Sequence record: NC_019711.1
Length of the DNA: 47,288 bases
Source: Escherichia phage HK629
Direction: 5' to 3' (one strand)
Made by a program: the position numbers and the translations under genes. How positions within the stretch are numbered: position 1 is the stretch's first letter; the number at the start of each line of letters is the position of its first letter. The notes beneath the pieces were generated by a model that had not been told where the DNA came from, did no database searches, and was given only the letters and a program-made list of their open reading frames with translations. This document shows positions 25,212 to 34,266 of this stretch, piece after piece.

Positions 25212-26785
25212 TGTACTTTACCTTCATCTCTGTTCATTATCATCGCTTTTAAAACGGTTCGACCTTCTAATCCTATCTGACCATTATAATTTTTTAGAAT
25301 GGTTTCATAAGAAAGCTCTGAATCAACGGACTGCGATAATAAGTGGTGGTATCCAGAATTTGTCACTTCAAGTAAAAACACCTCACGAGTTAAAACACCT
25401 AAGTTCTCACCGAATGTCTCAATATCCGGACGGATAATATTTATTGCTTCTCTTGACCGTAGGACTTTCCACACGCAGGATTTTGGAACCTCTTGCAGTA
25501 CTACTGGGGAATGAGTTGCAATTATTGCTACACCATTGCGTGCATCGAGTAAGTCGCTTAATGTTCGTAAAAAAGCAGAGAGCAAAGGTGGATGCAGATG
25601 AACCTCTGGTTCATCGAATAAAACTAATGACTTTTCGCCAACGACATCTACTAATCTTGTGATAGTAAATAAAACAATTGCATGTCCAGAGCTCATTCGA
25701 AGCAGATATTTCTGGATATTGTCATAAAACAATTTAGTGAATTTATCATCGTCCACTTGAATCTGTGGTTCATTACGTCTTAACTCTTCATATTTAGAAA
25801 TGAGGCTGATGAGTTCCATATTTGAAAAGTTTTCATCACTACTTAGTTTTTTGATAGCTTCAAGCCAGAGTTGTCTTTTTCTATCTACTCTCATACAACC
25901 AATAAATGCTGAAATGAATTCTAAGCGGAGATCGCCTAGTGATTTTAAACTATTGCTGGCAGCATTCTTGAGTCCAATATAAAAGTATTGTGTACCTTTT
26001 GCTGGGTCAGGTTGTTCTTTAGGAGGAGTAAAAGGATCAAATGCACTAAACGAAACTGAAACAAGCGATCGAAAATATCCCTTTGGGATTCTTGACTCGA
26101 TAAGTCTATTATTTTCAGAGAAAAAATATTCATTGTTTTCTGGGTTGGTGATTGCACCAATCATTCCATTCAAAATTGTTGTTTTACCACACCCATTCCG
26201 CCCGATAAAAGCATGAATGTTCGTGCTGGGCATAGAATTAACCGTCACCTCAAAAGGTATAGTTAAATCACTGAATCCGGGAGCACTTTTTCTATTAAAT
26301 GAAAAGTGGAAATCTGACAATTCTGGCAAACCATTTAACACACGTGCGAACTGTCCATGAATTTCTGAAAGAGTTACCCCTCTAAGTAATGAGGTGTTAA
26401 GGACGCTTTCATTTTCAATGTCGGCTAATCGATTTGGCCATACTACTAAATCCTGAATAGCTTTAAGAAGGTTATGTTTAAAACCATCGCTTAATTTGCT
26501 GAGATTAACATAGTAGTCAATGCTTTCACCTAAGGAAAAAAACATTTCAGGGAGTTGACTGAATTTTTTATCTATTAATGAATAAGTGCTTACTTCTTCT
26601 TTTTGACCTACAAAACCAATTTTAACATTTCCGATATCGCATTTTTCACCATGCTCATCAAAGACAGTAAGATAAAACATTGTAACAAAGGAATAGTCAT
26701 TCCAACCATCTGCTCGTAGGAATGCCTTATTTTTTTCTACTGCAGGAATATACCCGCCTCTTTCAATAACACTAAACTCCAACAT
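25208..26785 (-). CDS. ea59: Ea59, predicted ABC/AAA-type ATPase
   Basis: 525-aa ORF with Walker A GRNGCGKTT and Walker B-like LVLFDEPEVHLHP; AT-rich; coupled to ea31. Confidence 0.85.
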   Translation of the reverse strand: MLEFSVIERGGYIPAVEKNKAFLRADGWNDYSFVTMFYLTVFDEHGEKCDIGNVKIGFVGQKEEVSTYSLIDKKFSQLPEMFFSLGESIDYYVNLSKLSDGFKHNLLKAIQDLVVWPNRLADIENESVLNTSLLRGVTLSEIHGQFARVLNGLPELSDFHFSFNRKSAPGFSDLTIPFEVTVNSMPSTNIHAFIGRNGCGKTTILNGMIGAITNPENNEYFFSENNRLIESRIPKGYFRSLVSVSFSAFDPFTPPKEQPDPAKGTQYFYIGLKNAASNSLKSLGDLRLEFISAFIGCMRVDRKRQLWLEAIKKLSSDENFSNMELISLISKYEELRRNEPQIQVDDDKFTKLFYDNIQKYLLRMSSGHAIVLFTITRLVDVVGEKSLVLFDEPEVHLHPPLLSAFLRTLSDLLDARNGVAIIATHSPVVLQEVPKSCVWKVLRSREAINIIRPDIETFGENLGVLTREVFLLEVTNSGYHHLLSQSVDSELSYETILKNYNGQIGLEGRTVLKAMIMNRDEGKVQ

Positions 26786-27348
26786 ATAGTAACCCTTAAT
26801 TTTATTAAAATAACCGCAATTTATTTGGCGGCAACACAGGATCTCTCTTTTAAGTTACTCTCTATTACATACGTTTTCCATCTAAAAATTAGTAGTATTG
26901 AACTTAACGGGGCATCGTATTGTAGTTTTCCATATTTAGCTTTCTGCTTCCTTTTGGATAACCCACTGTTATTCATGTTGCATGGTGCACTGTTTATACC
27001 AACGATATAGTCTATTAATGCATATATAGTATCGCCGAACGATTAGCTCTTCAGGCTTCTGAAGAAGCGTTTCAAGTACTAATAAGCCGATAGATAGCCA
27101 CGGACTTCGTAGCCATTTTTCATAAGTGTTAACTTCCGCTCCTCGCTCATAACAGACATTCACTACAGTTATGGCGGAAAGGTATGCATGCTGGGTGTGG
27201 GGAAGTCGTGAAAGAAAAGAAGTCAGCTGCGTCGTTTGACATCACTGCTATCTTCTTACTGGTTATGCAGGTCGTAGTGGGTGGCACACAAAGCTTTGCA
27301 CTGGATTGCGAGGCTTTGTGCTTCTCTGGAGTGCGACAGGTTTGATGA

Positions 27349-27387
27349 CAAAAAATTAGCGCAAGAAGACAAAAATCACCTTGCGCT
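27349..27387 (-). terminator. tI terminator downstream of int/attP
   Basis: Minus-strand hairpin GCGCAAGG...CTTGCGCT followed by a T-run (plus-strand A-run 27350-27355); the adjacent long hairpin at 27390-27440 matches the sib region. Confidence 0.65.
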
Positions 27388-27630
27388 AATGCTCTGTTAC
27401 AGGTCACTAATACCATCTAAGTAGTTGATTCATAGTGACTGCATATGTTGTGTTTTACAGTATTATGTAGTCTGTTTTTTATGCAAAATCTAATTTAATA
27501 TATTGATATTTATATCATTTTACGTTTCTCGTTCAGCTTTTTTATACTAAGTTGGCCTTATAAAAAAGCATTGCTTATCAATTTGTTGCAACGAACAGGT
27601 CACTATCAGTCAAAATAAAATCATTATTTG
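27380..27630. other. attP: attP attachment site (core GCTTTTTTATACTAA at 27536-27550)
   Basis: Exact 15-bp lambda att core found at 27536-27550 within AT-rich arms just downstream of int. Confidence 0.9.
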
Positions 27631-28694
27631 ATTTCAATTTTGTCCCACTCCCTGCCTCTGTCATCACGATACTGTGATGCCATGGTGTCCGACTTATGCC
27701 CGAGAAGATGTTGAGCAAACTTATCGCTTATCTGCTTCTCATAGAGTCTTGCAGACAAACTGCGCAACTCGTGAAAGGTAGGCGGATCCCCTTCGAAGGA
27801 AAGACCTGATGCTTTTCGTGCGCGCATAAAATACCTTGATACTGTGCCGGATGAAAGCGGTTCGCGACGAGTAGATGCAATTATGGTTTCTCCGCCAAGA
27901 ATCTCTTTGCATTTATCAAGTGTTTCCTTCATTGATATTCCGAGAGCATCAATATGCAATGCTGTTGGGATGGCAATTTTTACGCCTGTTTTGCTTTGCT
28001 CGACATAAAGATATCCATCTACGATATCAGACCACTTCATTTCGCATAAATCACCAACTCGTTGCCCGGTAACAACAGCCAGTTCCATTGCAAGTCTGAG
28101 CCAACATGGTGATGATTCTGCTGCTTGATAAATTTTCAGGTATTCGTCAGCCGTAAGTCTTGATCTCCTTACCTCTGATTTTGCTGCGCGAGTGGCAGCG
28201 ACATGGTTTGTTGTTATATGGCCTTCAGCTATTGCCTCTCGGAATGCATCGCTCAGTGTTGATCTGATTAACTTGGCTGACGCCGCCTTGCCCTCGTCTA
28301 TGTATCCATTGAGCATTGCCGCAATTTCTTTTGTGGTGATGTCTTCAAGTGGAGCATCAGGCAGACCCCTCCTTATTGCTTTAATTTTGCTCATGTAATT
28401 TATGAGTGTCTTCTGCTTGATTCCTCTGCTGGCGAGGATTTTTTCGTAGCGATCAAGCCATGAATGTAACGTAACAGAATTATCACTGTTGATTCTCGCT
28501 GTCAGAGGCTTGTGTTTGTGTCCTGAAAATAACTCAATGTTGGCCTGTATAGCTTCAGTGATTGCGATTCGCCTGTCTCGGCCTAATCCAAACTCTTTAC
28601 CCGTCCTTGGGTCCCTGTAGCAGTAATATCCATTGTTTCTTATATAAAGGTTAGGGGGTAAATCCCGGCGCTCATGACTTCGCCTTCTTCCCAT
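27624..28694 (-). CDS. int: Tyrosine integrase Int
   Basis: 356-aa ORF ending ...HKSDTMASQYRDDRGREWDKIEIK; adjacent to attP. Confidence 0.96.
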   Translation of the reverse strand: MGRRRSHERRDLPPNLYIRNNGYYCYRDPRTGKEFGLGRDRRIAITEAIQANIELFSGHKHKPLTARINSDNSVTLHSWLDRYEKILASRGIKQKTLINYMSKIKAIRRGLPDAPLEDITTKEIAAMLNGYIDEGKAASAKLIRSTLSDAFREAIAEGHITTNHVAATRAAKSEVRRSRLTADEYLKIYQAAESSPCWLRLAMELAVVTGQRVGDLCEMKWSDIVDGYLYVEQSKTGVKIAIPTALHIDALGISMKETLDKCKEILGGETIIASTRREPLSSGTVSRYFMRARKASGLSFEGDPPTFHELRSLSARLYEKQISDKFAQHLLGHKSDTMASQYRDDRGREWDKIEIK

Positions 28695-28890
28695 TTCTGA
28701 TCCTCTTCAAAAGGCTACCTGTTACTGGTCGATTTAAGTCAACCTTTACCGCTGATTCGTGGAACAGATACTCTCTTCCATCCTTAACCGGAGGAGGGAA
28801 TATCCTGCACTCGCGTACCCATCGACGAACTGTTTCAAGGCTTCTTGGGCGCCGCTGGCGTGCGTTCCACTCCTGAAGTGTTAAGTACAT
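28672..28890 (-). CDS. xis: Excisionase Xis
   Basis: 72-aa ORF starting MYLTLQEWNARQ, overlapping the int 5' end. Confidence 0.95.
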   Translation of the reverse strand: MYLTLQEWNARQRRPRSLETVRRWVRECRIFPPPVKDGREYLFHESAVKVDLNRPVTGSLLKRIRNGKKAKS

Positions 28891-28916
28891 CGCAAAGTCT
28901 CCGCAATTACACGCAA

Positions 28917-28938
28917 GAAAAAACCGCCATCAGGCGGC
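28917..28938 (-). terminator. Putative intrinsic terminator upstream of xis (leftward transcripts)
   Basis: Minus-strand hairpin CCGCC-TGAT-GGCGG followed by six T. Confidence 0.5.
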
Positions 28939-29003
28939 TTGGTGTTCTTTCAGTTCTTCAAATCGAATATTGGTTACATTGTTTTCATATATGAATAAAT
29001 AAA

Positions 29004-29183
29004 TTAGCTTTTTTCGTTGCCTTCGCGTTCTTTATTAATTTTGACAAACTCGTTTTTACCACGCTCTCCAAATGCGTCTTTAGAGTCGTTGTATCCGCAA
29101 TCGCAGCACACATAATCACCAGACCATCCACGCATTGTTTTTTCTTTTGCAATATTTCCAGAACCGCATTTTGGACAAGACAT
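29004..29183 (-). CDS. Small zinc-ribbon protein
   Basis: 59 aa from ATG at 29183 (MSCPKCGSGN...CCDCGYND) with GGAGG 7 nt upstream; the track ORF extends to a TTG at 29216. Confidence 0.6.
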   Translation of the reverse strand: MSCPKCGSGNIAKEKTMRGWSGDYVCCDCGYNDSKDAFGERGKNEFVKINKEREGNEKS

Positions 29184-29279
29184 ATCACTACCTCCAAAGC
29201 ATGAGTGAGATGACAACGTAACATTGATTGGAGATTAACAATAGATTGCTGATGTAAAAGATATGTATAAGCTTCGCTT

Positions 29280-29999
29280 TCAAAGTGGAGGCACTGGTAG
29301 CGGCATCCAGTGAGTTACGTCATCCAAGATATATCCTGATAAATACGTGAAAGCTCTATATTTTTTGTAATCAATTGGATTTACAACCCAGTTCCAATAT
29401 GCGGCCACGATTTTACCTTGACTAAATGCCAGTAACATTTTGGTGTCTTCCGGCATTCGATCACTACAGCTTATCCAACCATCCGGAGTTACCGGAGAGT
29501 TGCCATTTATATCGAAGTTTGGCTCTGCGTCCTGAACTAGGAGGATGTAACCATTCTTGGCAGTATCAAGTTCCGACGCCTCGGTGACGGTGCCGAAATA
29601 GCGATTACCTAAATCAGCATCACAAGTACTTACATCAATGGAAACTTCCATGCCTTCGATTAATTCTGGCAAGTTGTAAGCTTGGCTTACAGGTTCGGCT
29701 TCCAGTTCTGCTATGCGCTTTTTTGCTGTTTCCAGCTCGCCCAGCAGCGCCAAGACGGTAGCCGGATTGGCTGCAGCGATGAATTCAGCATTGGCCTGCT
29801 GTTCCATTTGGAAATCTTCATCGAAACCGCTTTCTGGATGCGCTCCTTCAATTCTGCAAATGGGAAGATATCCAACAACTTCACGATGAATTAGTGCATC
29901 ACCAGCATCAAATCTCTCCTCTCCATATTCGAGCGACCACTCACCACACGTTGCTTTCTCTGCCTTTTCACGCAGTGCCTGATAGTCAATCTTGTTCAC
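29280..29999 (-). CDS. Ea22-like protein with C-terminal DUF551-like domain
   Basis: 239-aa ORF, GTG start with GGAGG upstream and GTGA overlap with the preceding gene; C-terminal W-rich region (WISCSDRMPED...YWNW...HWMPLP) typical of DUF551. Confidence 0.7.
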   Translation of the reverse strand: MNKIDYQALREKAEKATCGEWSLEYGEERFDAGDALIHREVVGYLPICRIEGAHPESGFDEDFQMEQQANAEFIAAANPATVLALLGELETAKKRIAELEAEPVSQAYNLPELIEGMEVSIDVSTCDADLGNRYFGTVTEASELDTAKNGYILLVQDAEPNFDINGNSPVTPDGWISCSDRMPEDTKMLLAFSQGKIVAAYWNWVVNPIDYKKYRAFTYLSGYILDDVTHWMPLPVPPL

Positions 30000-30220
30000 T
30001 CTTCATCCTCCAAGTCGGCAACGGCGTCCATCACATCAGAACCGCGAATAACCTCAAAAGCACGGCAGGCCATTTGAAATACCAGTTGCTCTTGCGGGTG
30101 AGGAGACTCCCAATATTTGAAGCCTGGGCGATGCGTGCACCCCATCATTGAATAAAAATCACCAGCAAGCTTAATCGCGGCATCGACAAGCTCTCTGTTA
30201 GTCATTCTTTTTCCGCTCAC
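29996..30220 (-). CDS. Hypothetical protein
   Basis: 74-aa ORF, GTG start with AAGGAGG upstream and GTGA overlap with upstream gene. Confidence 0.55.
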   Translation of the reverse strand: MSGKRMTNRELVDAAIKLAGDFYSMMGCTHRPGFKYWESPHPQEQLVFQMACRAFEVIRGSDVMDAVADLEDEE

Positions 30221-30738
30221 TGGTTGCCTCCTTTGCGAAGCTGGGCGGCTAACTCGTCACATATGTGCGTCAAGGAGCAAAGTTTGATTGATGGATGTTC
30301 GCGCATCATCTCAACTCCCTGCGCCCGGACTTCAGCCAGGAAAGCGTCGGTGGCTGGGGTTTCAGTAATATCATCTTCCCATTCGCTAAACTCCTCACGA
30401 CAAAAGTCATTAAATTCCTTCTCAGATTGCTTAAGCGAGGTATTTTCTGCAGCCATCTTCGCGCATTTAGCCTCAAGGTTATCAATCGTGATTCCAGCAG
30501 AACGACACTCCCGCAACGCCGTTTCCAGTTTTGATTCAAGCTCACCGAACTTACGCACCAGATATTCAGCGTTTGTTTCGTTAACCTTTAAATCTCGTGG
30601 GATGCATTTACCTTTCAGAAAACCATCCATCTCAATTAGTGTCATTTGTTTCATTTCTTCCCACTCCGCCACATCGCATTCAGATATTTGTTTTGATTTA
30701 CTGAAGGAACTTGCGACGGTTTGATTTAGGATTTCCAT
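30217..30738 (-). CDS. Hypothetical acidic coiled-coil protein
   Basis: 173-aa ORF, ATG with GGGGGAA upstream; no recognisable motif. Confidence 0.6.
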   Translation of the reverse strand: MEILNQTVASSFSKSKQISECDVAEWEEMKQMTLIEMDGFLKGKCIPRDLKVNETNAEYLVRKFGELESKLETALRECRSAGITIDNLEAKCAKMAAENTSLKQSEKEFNDFCREEFSEWEDDITETPATDAFLAEVRAQGVEMMREHPSIKLCSLTHICDELAAQLRKGGNQ

Positions 30739-31276
30739 TACGATTCCCCCTGTTTCCGTAATTTAATTTTCTGCAATCGATTGGTGTGGGGCGCAGGTAA
30801 CCATATATTTCTACTTGATATTTTGCTAGAGCATACGCATATTTTGCACCATCACATGTTGCATATGAGCCAAGGTGATGTAGTTTTCCATTAACACCTA
30901 TGTATGCTCTCCATCCATAAGCACACCTTTCTGTGCCTATTTCAGTTCCTTTATTTCTACTTGTGTTGCTATTGTTTTCCCTACTGGAGACATCTCGTAG
31001 GTTAATAAACCTGTTGTCAGCTTTATTTCTGTTGATGTGATCAATTACATTTACTGGCCATTTCCCGGTAACATATAACCAAGCTAGTCTGTGCGCTAAA
31101 TACCATTTTTTATTAATATATATCCTTATGTATCCCATCGAGTGCGTACAGCCAGTTGGTTTGAAACCAATTATATCCCCATTATTTGATTTAATTATCT
31201 TCTTGAAAACCCCAGTTTCTTTATCGTAGTGAATGTTGCTAATGAGGTATTCATATGAAATGTCATTTTTTGACAT
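30698..31276 (-). CDS. HNH homing endonuclease (HNH_3 plus AP2-like domain)
   Basis: 192-aa ORF with [44 protein letters not shown] and downstream AP2-like [19 protein letters not shown]. Confidence 0.8.
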   Translation of the reverse strand: MSKNDISYEYLISNIHYDKETGVFKKIIKSNNGDIIGFKPTGCTHSMGYIRIYINKKWYLAHRLAWLYVTGKWPVNVIDHINRNKADNRFINLRDVSSRENNSNTSRNKGTEIGTERCAYGWRAYIGVNGKLHHLGSYATCDGAKYAYALAKYQVEIYGYLRPTPIDCRKLNYGNRGNRNGNPKSNRRKFLQ

Positions 31277-31472
31277 AATCCTTCTTACTCCTCAAAATCA
31301 TTTCAAGATATCTGTTGTCGTTAACAGAACCGAAACTATTTCTCTTAAGCAATTCTTCTCTCGATGGCATTGGCTTTACGCGTTGGCGAATAATCATTTC
31401 TGCCGGAAGAATGCCGGGATTGTATGCAAGTCCTCTCATGGTAAATTCCTCAGTCATTACTGATAGCGCCAT
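31263..31472 (-). CDS. Hypothetical small protein
   Basis: Open frame downstream of the 98-aa ORF; alternative ATG at 31457 gives 64 aa with an 8-nt overlap on the upstream gene; no clear RBS. Confidence 0.35.
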   Translation of the reverse strand: MALSVMTEEFTMRGLAYNPGILPAEMIIRQRVKPMPSREELLKRNSFGSVNDNRYLEMILRSKKDYVKK

Positions 31473-31746
31473 AGCGTGAGTGGTAATTACGCAGGCGCGG
31501 GTCGATATATTCAGGGAAGTGGGTATATGTGGCTTTGCGGAATGGTCGGATTGATGTCTGGTAAATTCGCTCGCGTTCTTCTTTCTCTGCAAGCCATATA
31601 CAATGGCGAAATTCCTTTTCCTCTTTCGTTTCCTGCGGTAGCGACATTATCCGATCGTAGTTTTTTCTGAATTTATCCAGCACCTCCGATACGGAATTGC
31701 CGGAACAGCGGAGTGGGTCATCCGCACCATACAGAGGCGCTGGCAT
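31450..31746 (-). CDS. Hypothetical protein
   Basis: 98-aa ORF in the same operon orientation downstream of the SSB-like gene. Confidence 0.5.
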   Translation of the reverse strand: MPAPLYGADDPLRCSGNSVSEVLDKFRKNYDRIMSLPQETKEEKEFRHCIWLAEKEERERIYQTSIRPFRKATYTHFPEYIDPRLRNYHSRYGAISND

Positions 31747-31769
31747 AATGGGAGCCTTATTTTCAGTAA

Positions 31770-32357
31770 TCAGAAAGGAGGGTAATCGTTCTGGCTGTAA
31801 CCATAATCATCTGCATGATTCTGGCTTACGTTTTTAGAGCGATTGTCTTTATCTTTGAGGCTGGCAACCATGTTGGCGATAGTTTCTGGTTGCTTGCCTA
31901 CCGCCTTTTCTTTAAGGGTTTGACCTGTTTGTGCAATAAACGGGATGCGTATTTCCATCTGGTAGCTGTCTGCGCCAGTCTTTTTGTTTGTGGTTAATAC
32001 TTTCTGGAGCACTAACCCGATTTTCTTTCCATGAAATTCAGGAGCAACAAATTTACTGGCGGAAACCATATGTTGCGTTAATTGTCCAATCCCGGCACAC
32101 CCCATCATGGCGTGGACGACATTTGCGCCAAATTTATTTTCCGTTCCGTCATTTTTCTGAACACAAACGCTAAGATATTGGATTTTACGTCCGTCGTCGG
32201 ATTCGCCAGAAAACTCAATAAATTTGGCTCCTTTTTCTGATTGCTTTAGTTCTGCTTCAGTAATGGTAATGATATGAGCGCCAGTTTCGTTAATAAAACC
32301 ACCTTGCCCTGCGGTCAGTGCTGCTTCTTCGTTATAAGTAAAAATCACGTTGCTCAT
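31770..32357 (-). CDS. Putative ssDNA-binding protein (DUF669-like partner of Sak4)
   Basis: 195-aa ORF, ATGA overlap with Sak4 stop, AAGGA RBS; acidic aromatic C-terminal tail ...DDYGYSQNDYPPF reminiscent of SSB tails. Confidence 0.55.
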   Translation of the reverse strand: MSNVIFTYNEEAALTAGQGGFINETGAHIITITEAELKQSEKGAKFIEFSGESDDGRKIQYLSVCVQKNDGTENKFGANVVHAMMGCAGIGQLTQHMVSASKFVAPEFHGKKIGLVLQKVLTTNKKTGADSYQMEIRIPFIAQTGQTLKEKAVGKQPETIANMVASLKDKDNRSKNVSQNHADDYGYSQNDYPPF

Positions 32358-33034
32358 GCGGCGTTTTCCTTAATTTGATGAACATTATTGATGCCGTAGT
32401 AATCACAAACAGTGGCATCGACGAAAGAGAGATCGTTATCAATCTCATTGGAGTCAAACATTCCCATTGGGGATTTAACAGTGTCTGCACCGTTGTTTTT
32501 TGTGGTGAAAAAGAACTGGTCATCACGGGTAAGGGTGCGAAGAACTATAGTAAACATGCCTTCGACAGTGATTTTCTCGTCCAGCATTTTGCCGATAGTT
32601 TTCATTTTCACGCGCCCCATAGGGGTTTCTTCGGTGTGTGCAAGAAAATAGACTCTCAGGTCATCAGGTGCATCCTGTGCAGCCTTAATCACCTCCCATG
32701 CGTGGCGGCCTATCTCAGTAAATTTATCAAACGATTTTTCTTCTGAGCGGCGCATAAACTCATTGCTCATCACATACTGGAAGTCATCAACAATAACGAT
32801 TCTTTTCCCGTATTCGTGAGCACGCTTAATTACGGCAACTATTACGTCCCATTTGTCAGTGGTAACTACGGTTCCTTTTTTTGCTCTGGCATCCCATGCC
32901 AGCCATTCTTTTGATTTAAAAGGTAGCGGCTTGCCTATTGGTTTTATAAGTATTGCTTCCTCTGGATTGATATTTCTCATGCTGGTTGATTTTCCGGTGC
33001 CAGATTCACCGAGTATTAATGTCGCAGTTCCCAT
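32354..33034 (-). CDS. Sak4-like RecA-fold recombination ATPase
   Basis: 226-aa ORF starting MGTATLILGESGTGKST (Walker A) with downstream VIVDDF Walker B-like motif; size typical of Sak4. Confidence 0.75.
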   Translation of the reverse strand: MGTATLILGESGTGKSTSMRNINPEEAILIKPIGKPLPFKSKEWLAWDARAKKGTVVTTDKWDVIVAVIKRAHEYGKRIVIVDDFQYVMSNEFMRRSEEKSFDKFTEIGRHAWEVIKAAQDAPDDLRVYFLAHTEETPMGRVKMKTIGKMLDEKITVEGMFTIVLRTLTRDDQFFFTTKNNGADTVKSPMGMFDSNEIDNDLSFVDATVCDYYGINNVHQIKENAA

Positions 33035-33042
33035 AATTTGCC

Positions 33043-33243
33043 TCAGAATGGTAATTCGGATGGGACGGAAAGAAATTCGCGCTCATTCATGCGCTCTCTT
33101 TGAGCCTGCCATAAACAAAGTTGTTTCTTTGATTTATCTCCCGCTTTACGCCAGTAACGAGCCTCAGCAATGTGATATTCTCTTTTTAATCGACTTAATT
33201 CTGGAGTTTTCGCCAGTTCTACCGGAATCATTTTGACCTCCAT
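33043..33243 (-). CDS. Hypothetical small protein
   Basis: 66-aa ORF between kil-like and Sak4 genes. Confidence 0.45.
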   Translation of the reverse strand: MEVKMIPVELAKTPELSRLKREYHIAEARYWRKAGDKSKKQLCLWQAQRERMNEREFLSVPSELPF

Positions 33244-33341
33244 TTTCTGTAGGCTTCGATGGCCTCACGAAACATCTTTTCATCGCCAATAAAAGTGGCG
33301 ATAGTGAATTTAGTCTGGATAGCCATAAGTGTTTTATCCAT
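33228..33341 (-). CDS. kil: Kil-like small protein
   Basis: 37 aa from ATG at 33341 (MDKTLMAIQTKFTIATFIGDEKMFREAIEAYRKWRSK) with AGGAG upstream; position downstream of cIII and resemblance to the lambda Kil N-terminus (from memory). Confidence 0.55.
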   Translation of the reverse strand: MDKTLMAIQTKFTIATFIGDEKMFREAIEAYRKWRSK

Positions 33342-33474
33342 TTTTGGGAACTCCTGGCTGATTAAGTACGTCGATGAGTCGTTTCCATCCGTCACGTAAT
33401 TTACGGGTGATTCGTTCAAGTAAAGATTCGGAAGGGCAGCCAGCAACAGGCCACCCTGCAATGGCATATTGCAT
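33334..33474 (-). CDS. cIII: CIII-like anti-FtsH protein
   Basis: 46 aa from ATG at 33474 (MQYAIAGWPVAGCPSESLLERITRKLRDGWKRLIDVLNQPGVPKNG), near-identical to the lambda CIII N-terminal 46 aa; AAGGAG 6 nt upstream. Confidence 0.85.
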   Translation of the reverse strand: MQYAIAGWPVAGCPSESLLERITRKLRDGWKRLIDVLNQPGVPKNG

Positions 33475-33771
33475 GGTGTGCTCCTTATTTATACATAACG
33501 GAAAACGCCTCTCGTGAAGCGTTATTGGTATGCATATAAAAAGGCCCTCACATTGGAGGGCAAAGAAGATTTCCAATAATCAGAACAAGTCGGCTCCTGT
33601 TTAGTTACGAGCGACATTGCTCCGTGTATTCACTCATTGGAATGAATACACAGTGCAGTGTTTATTCGTATGCCTGTCTTTTAACCACATCAGGCTCGGT
33701 GGTTCTCGTGTACCCCTACAGCGAGAAAAATAGTAAAATCCTCTTACCCCTACAGTAAGAGAGTAATTTAT

Positions 33772-34266
33772 ATGGATGTGTTATCTGGTATAACTGCCGC
33801 GAAACAGGCTTATGATCTGCTGAAGACAATAAAAGAAACCAGAGACGATGCTGTTATCGCTAAAGCTATTGGTGATCTACACCAAAGAATAACTGACTTA
33901 CAGATGCTTAATGCGGAGCTCTCTGGCCTTTATCAGGCCGAGAAGGAGATCGCAATGAAGCTTCGAGATGAAAATAGAAAAATCAAGATGTTTGTTGTGC
34001 AAGCTGAGAATTATGAACTTCATACAACTGAAGGTGGTTCTGTCGTGTATCGACCTAAGAGTCATTCCGATCATTCTATTCAGCAGCATAACCTTTGTGC
34101 ACATTGCTTCGGCGAACATAAAATATCGATACTTCAACCAAGCACGGTTACTATAAAATCTAATGGATTCTTTGTGCATTCATGTCCTCGCTGTAAGAAT
34201 GAATACCGGATGTATAGAGCGCCAGACCCTAAGCCTGTATATGTACCGCCGCTGACAAATTATTAA
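33772..34266 (+). CDS. Hypothetical coiled-coil / zinc-ribbon protein, opposite orientation to the pL operon
   Basis: 164-aa ORF on the plus strand inside the leftward early operon; N-terminal coiled coil and C-terminal CAHC...CPRC motif; preceded by a 200-bp non-coding region with repeats. Confidence 0.6.
   Translation: MDVLSGITAAKQAYDLLKTIKETRDDAVIAKAIGDLHQRITDLQMLNAELSGLYQAEKEIAMKLRDENRKIKMFVVQAENYELHTTEGGSVVYRPKSHSDHSIQQHNLCAHCFGEHKISILQPSTVTIKSNGFFVHSCPRCKNEYRMYRAPDPKPVYVPPLTNY

Noticed and set aside
27045-27065. Inverted repeat CTTCAG-GCTT-CTGAAG upstream of ea59
   Set aside because: Short, no adjacent T-run or promoter hexamers I could place confidently; possibly an operator but unsupported.
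28985-29224. 79-aa minus-strand ORF overlapping the zinc-ribbon ORF
   Set aside because: Alternative frame without RBS; the zinc-ribbon frame has a GGAGG RBS and a recognisable motif.
33228-33576. Long versions (79 and 80 aa) of the kil-like and cIII-like ORFs
   Set aside because: Internal ATGs at 33341 and 33474 have strong RBSs and give products matching the known short proteins; the upstream extensions overlap each other in different frames.
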